Shown: positions 24,116 through 33,519 of the stretch, piece by piece | How the letters are laid out: the number at the start of each line of letters is the position of its first letter | How positions within the stretch are numbered: the first letter of the stretch is position 1 | Assembly: GCF_001194135.2 (NCBI RefSeq) | Contig: NC_068984.1 | Span: 48,552,254 to 48,585,772, forward strand | Source: Octopus bimaculoides | Lineage: Eukaryota | Reading direction: 5' to 3' | Length of the DNA stretch: 33,519 nt | Notes under the pieces: generated by a model | What the model saw: the letters and a program-made list of their open reading frames with translations, nothing else | What the model was told of the DNA's origin: nothing | The model's database searches: none | Made by a program: the position numbers and the translations under genes

Positions 24116-24134
24116 TATGCATTATATTTATTGT

Positions 24135-24935
24135 AGCCCATCTTTTATTGAACAAAGACCAGAAGCAACATCAGCCTCAATAACATGATCATGTAAGCTG
24201 ACAATGTGGTAGCGAATGCCATTGCAATGTCCATTAGTAGCATCTGAGAAGCATTATACATCATTGTTTCTTCAGTTTGAGAAATCGTGGTGGAAACCCT
24301 GGTGTAAGTTTGTTGATGAACTCGATTGGGTATAGAGTTTCATTATCAACTGTATCTGAGCTTCTGTATATTTTTAGCTCTCCAAGGATCCTGGTCAACA
24401 GAAAATCGTTCACAAATTGTGCTACGTCATTTGTTGGAGTGACAATGGTTCCATTTCAAAACCACGCAGGGTTTGTGAAGTTATTTTTAAGGTCAACATG
24501 TATAAAATTATATAAACCTGAAAGAGTACCACTTTCAAGGCAAAGGTCATTGAGTAGTTTTATTTTGAATTCACTTATGTTACCATTTCCTACATAAAGA
24601 TGGTAGTTAGAAAACTCTCTTTCATTAGAATGACCTTCTGTAAGAAGTCTTAGATTGGTGGTCAACTCCACTACTTCCACATGATCGCAAAGGAAAGATC
24701 TCTTTAGTGATGCATCAACAATTTTTATCTGACACCATTATTTGAAGTATAATATTTCCTCTCGAGATAAGCTAACCAGTCGGTCATGTGTAACGGAAAC
24801 AGAATCATGTCTACGGCTCCGTGCATATTCAGACATCTGTTTGAGTTGCTTTGCCCTGGTTTCATCTGATACAGTTGTCCGTCTTTCTATCTGCCGTTGT
24901 GCCTCTGCTGCTAAATTTTCCTTTTCAGCCGCACA
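24135..24935 (-). pseudogene. Helitron remnant: PIF1-like helicase C-terminal region fused to an N-terminal-like segment
   Basis: Minus strand reads IVDASLKRSFLCDHVEVVELTTNLR...REFSNYHLYVGNG...TIVTPTNDVAQFVNDFLL...IYRSSDTVDNETLYPIEFINKLTPGFPPRFLKLKKQ*CIMLLR/DATNGHCNGIRY...HDHVIEADVASG. This matches Helitron helicase motifs (L..NMR, YP.EFLN.L.P.G.PPH.L.LK, MLLRN...GLCNGTR). Confidence 0.85.
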
Positions 24936-25584
24936 TTATATATATAGAAGAATGTTCGTTAAAAACTATATTGTTTAGCGTGCTAGAAGTTGCAGCGATC
25001 ACATAGTTATTATTATGAGGCTTATAACGTTCCAAGTAGCCATACCAAGAGAATCACTTCATCTAAAAAAAAAAAAAGAAAAAAGATTATACCGGTATAT
25101 TAAAGAATTTTCTTTTCATCAAAAACATTCATTTACCAAACTCTGGAAACTGATAATATTCTTGAAATTGTGTCTCGTATCAAAGTTATATAACTATTAT
25201 TAAATTATCATTAATGAATATAGAGGCGAGCGCGAATCAGAGATTGTTGCAAATAAAAACGTAAAATGTTGCCTGCAACGAAATAATAGATTTTAGTATT
25301 AAACATTAAAATCTAAACAGCAGTGAATGCAATGAATATTTCACTCAATGAAGAATTGGACGCAGTGAATGCAATAAATATTTAAATTTGCGAGAATTTG
25401 GAGTTAAAAAAGTTCAATAAACTTCAAAAATGGAAATTATAGGAAATTTCCTAGACAATGAATTTATAAAGATATTTCCAGACGGTCAAGCTTTTAATAT
25501 TGCTTTCTTTTAGTACATTTAGTAATTGTTACGTACCTAATGAATAAGCAGCTTCTTCCATTATAGTATAGATTATTATTATTA

Positions 25585-25800
25585 GGCGGTCAGCTACCAA
25601 AATCGTTAACACGCCAGGCAAAATGCTTAGCGATATTTCGTCTGCCGCTACGTTCTGAGTCCCAATTTCACCGAGGTCCACTTTGCATTTCATCCTTTCG
25701 GGATCGATTAAATAAGTATCAGCCACTCATTGGGATCGATGTAATCGATTTAATGAACCCCCTCAAGCTGCCTCTTTTGGCAAAAAAATTTCAAATCATT
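25585..25800 (+). mobile_element. SINE family A, full length, embedded in (ATT)n
   Basis: GGCGGTCAGCTACCAAAATCGTTAACACGCCAGGCAAAATGCTTAGCG...CGAGGTCCACTTTGCATTTCATCCTTTCGGGATCGATTAAATAAGTATCAG; (ATT)n on both flanks. Confidence 0.85.
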
Positions 25801-25801
25801 A

Positions 25802-25838
<37 letters not shown>

Positions 25839-25840
25839 AA

Positions 25841-26114
25841 TTCCATAATTAAATTTCCTGAACACAATATTTCGGTATCTCGCGTCCCTTCAACGGGTTC
25901 GAAATTTGGTATGTCAGTCTGCTTCATTTTTTTTATAGATAATATAGGACTGCTATGACTCCTCTGGAGGGAATATGTAAATAAAGAAGAAGAGTTCCAT
26001 AATTAAATTTGCTGAACACAATATTTCGGTATCTCGCATCCCTTCAACGGGTTCGAAATTTGGTATGTCAGTCTGCTTCATTTTTTTTATAGATAATATA
26101 GGACTGCTATGACT
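25841..26114. repeat. Tandem duplication of about 120 bp (period 154 bp) abutting a roughly 770-N gap
   Basis: 25841-25960 and 25995-26114 differ by two substitutions that I can see. Confidence 0.9.
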
Positions 26115-26884
26115 NNNNNNNNNNNNNNNNNNNNNNNNNNNNNNNNNNNNNNNNNNNNNNNNNNNNNNNNNNNNNNNNNNNNNNNNNNNNNNNNNNNNNN
26201 NNNNNNNNNNNNNNNNNNNNNNNNNNNNNNNNNNNNNNNNNNNNNNNNNNNNNNNNNNNNNNNNNNNNNNNNNNNNNNNNNNNNNNNNNNNNNNNNNNNN
26301 NNNNNNNNNNNNNNNNNNNNNNNNNNNNNNNNNNNNNNNNNNNNNNNNNNNNNNNNNNNNNNNNNNNNNNNNNNNNNNNNNNNNNNNNNNNNNNNNNNNN
26401 NNNNNNNNNNNNNNNNNNNNNNNNNNNNNNNNNNNNNNNNNNNNNNNNNNNNNNNNNNNNNNNNNNNNNNNNNNNNNNNNNNNNNNNNNNNNNNNNNNNN
26501 NNNNNNNNNNNNNNNNNNNNNNNNNNNNNNNNNNNNNNNNNNNNNNNNNNNNNNNNNNNNNNNNNNNNNNNNNNNNNNNNNNNNNNNNNNNNNNNNNNNN
26601 NNNNNNNNNNNNNNNNNNNNNNNNNNNNNNNNNNNNNNNNNNNNNNNNNNNNNNNNNNNNNNNNNNNNNNNNNNNNNNNNNNNNNNNNNNNNNNNNNNNN
26701 NNNNNNNNNNNNNNNNNNNNNNNNNNNNNNNNNNNNNNNNNNNNNNNNNNNNNNNNNNNNNNNNNNNNNNNNNNNNNNNNNNNNNNNNNNNNNNNNNNNN
26801 NNNNNNNNNNNNNNNNNNNNNNNNNNNNNNNNNNNNNNNNNNNNNNNNNNNNNNNNNNNNNNNNNNNNNNNNNNNNNNNNNNNN

Positions 26885-26900
26885 TAATAATAATAATAAC

Positions 26901-26970
<70 letters not shown>
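26885..26970. repeat. (TAA)n microsatellite
   Basis: Directly visible after the gap. Confidence 0.95.
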
Positions 26971-27290
26971 TCCTTACTCTGAATTTCATCTATCTGTGTA
27001 GAATGTCATCCGGCTCCAAAATCCCTAAATAACTATACCCACTACCGTCAGATCCACCCAAGGTTTCTCCAGATGCTAATCGCAATCCTCTGCAGGATGC
27101 TTCCTTCTCTTTTTACATATTAAGTATTGAGCATTTGGTAATCCCAAATTCCATACCAACGTCCATACCACACTTCTGGACGGTTTTGGTTAAGGAATCT
27201 ATGTTTTTCAGGTTTCCCTAACAATTTCATGTCATCCATAAACAGAAGATGGTTCAGTGATGCACCTTTCTTCCCACATCGGTAATCCAC
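26971..27290 (-). pseudogene. Reverse-transcriptase fragment of an R4/Dong-clade non-LTR retrotransposon
   Basis: Minus strand reads GYRCGKKGASLNHLLFMDDMKLLGK/IDSLTKTVQKCGMDVGMEFGITKCSIL...GYSYLGILEPDDIL. The catalytic FMDD is at 27231-27242, and GMEFG..KC and Y.YLG are typical of R4/Dong RTs. Confidence 0.85.
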
Positions 27291-27291
27291 C

Positions 27292-27355
<64 letters not shown>

Positions 27356-27368
27356 CATTATTACTATT
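27292..27368. repeat. (TTA)n array, which is (TAA)n on the minus strand: tail or target of the Dong-like element
   Basis: Lies immediately 3' of the element's 3' UTR on the minus strand. Confidence 0.9.
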
Positions 27369-28330
27369 GCCTTCGCACAGGTCTAACGCTGGAGATGTAC
27401 TACGGTCTCAGCTGTTCACTACCAGTGAAATAATGTAACACCTCTTACTTTTCGAGCACCTTCCGGAGTATTCGAGCGGGTCCAGGCAGTGCAGTTTTCT
27501 GCAAGTACTCCACCCTTATTTGTTCCGTGTACTTCTGGAGATTTTTACTCACTGTTCCCAGGGCTCCGACAATTGTTGGTACCATTACCAACTTTTTCAT
27601 CGACCACAATTGCTCAAACTCCCAAGCTAGCCTGTCATATCATTCGACATTTCTTTCTTGCATATCGCATACCTTGTTGTCAGCTGGGCATACTATATCT
27701 ATGATCCAGCATAGTTTACTTTCGTTCTCAATTAAGACTGTGTCTGGCTTCCTATTCTCTACCTCATAGTCGCACTGAATCATAGAATCCCACAGGATCT
27801 ATGCCATTTCATTTTCGATGATACCTTCGAGTTTATGATCGTGCCAATTTTTTGCTCTGTCCGTACTTGATGCAAAGCATCCAATGCACAAGCCTGGCTA
27901 TATTGTCGTGGCGTCTCTTATAGTTTATTAGGGTTCATTGCTGTATTCAAATTTTTATCTTGGTTATTTCTCCTCCAGATGTTATACGTATATGTTGTGT
28001 TTTCGCAGTGTGGCAAGCGCACTGCTGTAAGATAAGCATGTAGGACTGAGATAATATTCCTCACGTGTCCATTTACGTTTGTCTTGATTTTATTTTTGCA
28101 GGACATGAGGAAAAACGTCCAGCCCTTTATTTTGATGGTCATCATTTTCGTGGGGTACCAGTACGTTTATTTCTGGTTTCTGGTGTTTTGCACGTATAGT
28201 TTTCGCACTTTTTGTGTAACAGGTTTAAAGTACGTGCTTCCCGTTTTTTATCCTTGAGTTGAATAATACGGGTACTATATAATATATTAAACAATTGTTT
28301 TTGTACATGGTGTTTAGGGACGGACATGGT
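27369..28330 (-). mobile_element. Internally deleted R4/Dong-clade retroelement: N-terminal region joined to the restriction-like endonuclease, then 3' UTR
   Basis: N-terminal region KRKWTREEY/SVLHAYLTAV...YNIWRRNNQD...MNPNKL (about 28080-27923) is joined to YKRRHDNIARLVHW...ILWDSMIQCDYEVENRKPDTVLIENESKLCWIIDIVCPAD...VPTIVGALGTV...LQKTALPGPARILRKVLEK* (27922-27445), which has the RHD and RxPD..D RLE motifs. The 5' boundary is approximate. Confidence 0.85.
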
Positions 28331-28589
28331 CTAATGTCGATTGGATCGTAATGTGGTGACTGTATTTACACGTGTTGTGCGAGTGATGGAGATGAAACAC
28401 AGTTAAAATACATAAATTCATTTGGAAAATAGAAATAAATTTCACTGAGTATTACTTACTCGAACATAGTCCAAAACTTCGTCAGTTATTTTAGATTCCA
28501 TCTGTTGTCTTTATTCCCGATATTTTTTGAGAAATTTCTGAACAGTGTTTTATCGCTCTCACATGTTAAACGTCCCCGGTGTTATTTTC

Positions 28590-28591
28590 TT

Positions 28592-28641
<50 letters not shown>

Positions 28642-28678
28642 CATCCTCATCATCATCATCATCATCATCATCCTCATC

Positions 28679-28735
<57 letters not shown>
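28590..28735. repeat. (CAT)n microsatellite
   Basis: Directly visible. Confidence 0.95.
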
Positions 28736-28736
<1 letters not shown>

Positions 28737-28737
28737 A

Positions 28738-28915
28738 GACCGTTAGCTGGCAGAATTGGTTGCACGGCAGGCAAGTATTTCGCTGCATTTCAGTCATCTT
28801 TACGTGTTCTAACTTAAACTTTCACAAAGGTCGACTATACTTCTCATCCTTCGGGAGTCGATACAATAAGCATCATTTGAGACCTGGAGGGTCGATATAA
28901 TCGAGCAGCCCCTCT
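28738..28915 (+). mobile_element. Degenerate SINE family A copy
   Basis: AGCTGGCAGAATTGGTTGCACGGCAGGCAAG...AGGTCGACTATACTTCTCATCCTTCGGGAGTCGATACAATAAGCATCA is homologous to the other family A copies. Confidence 0.7.
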
Positions 28916-28949
28916 CTAACATTTCAGACCTTATGTCAGAGTTCTAAAG

Positions 28950-29030
28950 AAAGAACTGGTGTCGATTTATTCGACTAAAATGTTCAAGGTGGTAAACTAA
29001 TGACTGAAAGACGTAAAAGATAAAGGAATA
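28950..29030 (+). mobile_element. SINE family B 3' tail fragment
   Basis: GTCGATTTATTCGACTAAAA...AATGACTGAAA.. resembles the tail end of the 11474-11530 copy and the fragment at about 14535-14576. Confidence 0.5.
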
Positions 29031-29667
29031 GTATGTAGTTATGAAAGTATGTTCATACACATGTACAATTATTGAGCCGATATGGCATAACATTGAACAG
29101 TTAATAAATTTTAGATACACAACCATAAAGTAACAAGCGAAACGACACGGATTCAGCCAGTAGTAATAATGGCACAAGGTTTGAAATGTTGGAGAGGGGC
29201 CCATTTAGTTTCATACTTAACAGGAACATATTATTGTTCCCCACACTAGCTAATGACCTAACTTACCTCCTAGTAATTTCGCATTAAATGGCACTTATTG
29301 TATCAGTCTCCTTTTGAACTTCTCTCCTTCAACATCTCAAATGTAAGATCTCTTCCCTGAAGACATAGGCTTGTCTTATCCTATGACAGAATCAATCTGC
29401 ACATATTATTATGGAGCGCCGATTCCCATAAGACAGCAGTTGGATTTGTAATACTTTTCCTCCACTCCTTTAATTCTCTGTATCATTTGTAATCTGTGTA
29501 ACTTGAACCTTTCTATATGTATACATATATACATATTTTGTATTTTTTTATATACTTTATATATTGATCTGTCTAATTCGCTTTTCCGTACAATTGCCTC
29601 TATACACGCTCAAGTTTAAATCTTTTGAGCACTACAAAGTGTATTCTATACGATTCTATACGGCGAA

Positions 29668-29720
29668 CATATATATATATATATATATATATATTGGTAT
29701 AAGCACGCACGCACGCACAT

Positions 29721-29782
<62 letters not shown>

Positions 29783-29815
29783 ATACGTATGTCTGTGTGT
29801 ATGTATGAGTAATAT
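29668..29815. repeat. (AT)n/(GCAC)n/(AC)n microsatellites
   Basis: Directly visible. Confidence 0.95.
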
Positions 29816-31590
29816 ATGTGTATTCGGTTGTAGGTGTATATGAGTCAATGTGTCTGTATGCGTGTATGAATGAATATACAAATGGTTTCTTATTCAGAAA
29901 CCAAACAGAATTTGTGCGTGCTTTGAACAGTTTTGAAGCTATGGTTTCTAGAGATTCACACTTCTTTATACGAGAAATCAAGAGAAGAACGATGAAGGCA
30001 GTACAATGACTAAACTAAATTACACACCAAACATTTGGAATGTTTCTAAAAGACACAAAGAGAAGTTTTGTCCAAAGTTCTCGATTATGGCATACGGTGC
30101 AATGTCTTGTGTTGTTAATGAAAGTGATCAGATCATAATGCAGGTTGTTGAAATATGATGTTGAAGAAATATATTATGTTGCAAGGCGTAGCAATGAGAC
30201 GATTCTGTAGATGTGAAGTATAAAGATGCTGTGAAACACAATCATGAAACAGCATCTAAAATAGTACAAGTTATTAATTAAGAGATCCCGTTCCAATCTT
30301 GGAAAAAGAAAAAAAGATTATTTATTAGCGTGGAGGAAAGCATAAAGACAGGAGATGAGTTAAGTTGATGAAGGTTAATTGGAAAAAATGCCCGTGGACA
30401 AGAATTTTAGCTAATTGTAAAGTTGTGTAAATATTGGGAAAATAGAGCATTGTGGTGTATTGTGCTGCCAGTTGTCATATTCAGTCTATATTATCGAAAG
30501 TCTTTAACGTATACATATATACACAAACAAGCATACACACTGTCTAATAAATATATGCGAGCACACGCGCGCACGCACACAGTCACACACAACACACACA
30601 TAGACACATGCCTACATACATACATACATACATACATATACATACATACATACATACACATATGTATACACACACACACACTTATATATGCTCTCTGGTA
30701 ATCTTCGTGTATTCTGTAAGGCTTAGAAATGTGTTTGATCTATTCGATCTTCGTTCGTCAATATATCTCATTTTGATGTTCACGGATTAGAACTGAAAGG
30801 TCTTTAAATCATGAAAGAGCCAAATGCTTTTATTGACAGTGATACGATTGGAAAATTATGGATTGTAGATAAGACCCATAACATCATGTATAAAAGAATT
30901 TCTTATCGAGGCTGAGAACCTGATGATAAACGTAGATATATTGCTTTTCATAGACCAGTTCGGCTGTTACACTATCTATTTTTTTGTCGGTCTCATAATC
31001 ATAGCTTCTTTTGTTGAATCATATGCTGTTATGCCTTCGATTTTTATTTGTTTGTCGCATTTCACTTGCCATTTCAGTGTCTTATTTATCTATCTACCGA
31101 TTATATCTTTATATCATGTTCAAAAAAAAATTCTATTGCATTTCCTGTACTGGATCAATGCTTGTGTTGCCTCACAGAGTCGATTACGTCAACATATCTT
31201 ATTTCATTAAAATAGGCATTGTTTCTATTTCATAAATAATTTCATAACTGAAATTTCTAAGGATGTTTTACAAACAACCTGAATGGGATTTAATTTCATA
31301 TCTATTATCGCTAAATTTTGATTGATTTTCGTAAAGAGACTTACCGTTTGGTTTAATTTGCGTTCCTGATGTGTCTCTTTTACTTCATCACCCACTATTG
31401 CATACTATTCATCACCCATTATTGCAAATATTTACAATGTTTGCTCATCGGAACAATATTCAAAAGTGAATTTGTTCTGTTGTTTGTGGGGAACGTCACT
31501 ACATTTCGTCTCTTGGACCATCATAGTAGTTACTTATTATCTTGCGCTTAACTATGTTGTGTACATGTGGCATGTCCTGAACTCATTTAC

Positions 31591-31900
31591 GTACAGGGTG
31601 AATCCGTCTATTAATTCCTTATTTATGTCTGTTCAATATGCTTCCAACTGAAGTTACGAATGTGGCTTCATAGAAACTTCTGTAAATGTTGCGGTGTGTG
31701 TCTAAGGGTTTTACGTATCAGACTTTCAACGATTTGCAGTCGGCTCGTTTTCCTTTTCGTTTCTCCCACTCACAGTAGTTTTTTCCAGTCTTTTCTATCT
31801 GTTTTCCAAGACAATTTACACTTGATAGGCATAGCTGCAATCTATTGCAGTTGCTTCTAATTTTCACTACACTATACTTCTATTTCTAACAAATTATTGG
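31591..31900 (-). mobile_element. Possible old Tc1/mariner 3' end
   Basis: TACAGGGTGAATCC at 31591 resembles a mariner-type TIR, and the minus strand gives WKHIEQT* just before it, similar to Tc1/mariner C-termini. Otherwise highly decayed. Confidence 0.35.
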
Positions 31901-32205
31901 AAACTAAAATATGTTTCAATTTTGTGATTCTGGTGAAACAATGGTGGCATGTGACCAGATTTCATAGTGCATCATTTAGATTCGTAACGGCTTTCAAGCT
32001 CTAAAGTGCTCGAATAATTACTTTACTTACTTGATTGTAAGTAGGCAAAACACCTCCCTATTTGTTGTCATTTACCAACAGGTCAACCCTGATAGAGCAC
32101 AACTATGATCAAAGACACTGTGATAATATTATCTTTTTAATGTATAAAGGAATATCATTTTTAAAGGTATATTCTTTATTCATGATAAGAGAATGTGATC
32201 TAAGA

Positions 32206-32503
32206 CAGTGCTACTCAAAGCGGTGGTCCGTGGACGGGTGCGTGTCCACGAGCCATCAGCTGCCGGTACGCGGCGAGTTTCCAAAAAAGAAAGAAACATA
32301 AAATGCTTATAAAATGCTTACGTAATATAGTATTATTTGTTCACAAGATAAATATGAGATAAAAGAAATGTTAACTATTATTATATTCGTTATATATATT
32401 GTTTCCGGTATAAATTAATATTACTAAGAAATATTACCGGTCTCTGGCACATTGGAAAAAATAAACTGCCACTACGCTACATCATATAGTTTGAGAAGCA
32501 CTG
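32206..32503. mobile_element. hAT-Charlie-type MITE, 298 bp, with perfect 8-bp TSD
   Basis: TIRs CAGTGCTACTCAAA and TTTGAGAAGCACTG (13/14 complementary); TSD ATCTAAGA at 32198-32205 and 32504-32511. Confidence 0.92.
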
Positions 32504-33242
32504 ATCTAAGAGATACATTTGATTGCTATTTCTAGCAGGTCAAAAGACCGCAAATGTACCCTCTTTTTAAACTCCTCTTCATATTCATCGATGTTTAGGG
32601 CTTCCTCTGATGATTATGGAAGGCTGTATTTCTCGTCTGAACCTCTATAGTTGCTGAGTGTACAATTAAGGATTGTTCGAACTGGTTGTATAAGGTTTAT
32701 GAACATATTTTTGTCTATTATGCAGAGAGTAAGCGTATATATTAGCGTGGGTAGTTAGAATTTGAAGTATCAACGTGTTGGTACGCTGGTTTTATTATCT
32801 ATCATGCTATTGGAAATGAAAGGCAGTGAATATATATACTACATTTAGAAGTGACAATATTGTGCAGAATGTGAGTAGAATTAGTATGTCAGTCAGAGAT
32901 ATCAGGTGATTAAAAATGTGAGTTTGCAACGTTCTCTAACAGGTGCAATAATTTGAGACTAAATGGTACAGACAGACTATTGCAAATGTTTAAGTTGTGA
33001 CTGTCCAATTACTAATAAATAGTGCACATCATTAATATTATATTAGTATTGTACTGTGCACTAAATTGTTGAGACGTATTATATTCACTTTGTTATCAAA
33101 TTAAAATCATTAATGTATATAATAGTTGTGTCCACCTGTTAAGACATTAGCAATTTAGTAATAACTAAAGACAAATGGAAATTCTAGAAAATATTACAGG
33201 TTTATGGAAATGCTGCGAGATTGATTTGACTGTATCGTCTAA

Positions 33243-33403
<161 letters not shown>

Positions 33404-33435
33404 TAAATAAAGGTAAATGTAACTACATGTGAATC

Positions 33436-33519
33436 GGCGATTTTCTTCCTCCGTCTTACCTTCTATTGGACTTTCCTCTGTTTCCGAAGAAGAGCGTCTG
33501 CTCGATACATTCAACCATC
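33436..33519 (+). mobile_element. Second copy of the hammerhead-bearing repeat, truncated by the window end
   Basis: GGCGATTTTCTTCCTCCGTCTTACCTTCTATTGGAC...TTT-CCGAAGA-A-GAGC-GTCT-GCTC-GATAC-ATT is homologous to the minus strand of 19429-19507. Confidence 0.7.

Noticed and set aside
29898-30009. Possible exon NQTEFVRALNSFEAMVSRDSHFFIREIKRRTMKAVQ after TTCTTATTCAG
   Set aside because: No convincing donor and no recognisable homology; it cannot be linked to the other candidates.

Overview
Eukaryotic (animal) genomic DNA from a gapped draft assembly. It is AT-rich, saturated with microsatellites and made mostly of decayed transposable elements. The repeat families resemble those I recognise from octopus/cephalopod DNA (an inference). 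Almost all ORFs in the supplied track are microsatellite translations, and I find no intact protein-coding gene. Recognisable elements are mariner fragments, a Tigger-like MITE, a hAT-Charlie MITE with a perfect 8-bp TSD, a Chapaev3-type transposase pseudogene with its CACTG terminus, and a Helitron PIF1-helicase remnant. Also present are an RTE LINE remnant, a LINE ORF1-like frame, a Penelope GIY-YIG endonuclease remnant, an internally deleted R4/Dong-type retroelement in (TAA)n, and two tRNA-derived SINE families. The most interesting signal is a set of hammerhead-ribozyme-like motifs (CUGANGA-A-GAGC-loop-GCUC-GAAAC) at about 9.3, 19.4 and 33.5 kb. They share an identical stem II with three different loops. 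A fourth, degenerate motif lies in a partial-tandem element at 10.6-11.5 kb. These suggest Penelope-associated or retrozyme-like non-coding retroelements. A low-confidence, phase-compatible chain of small plus-strand exons (15.9-19.2 kb) may mean the region is intronic.
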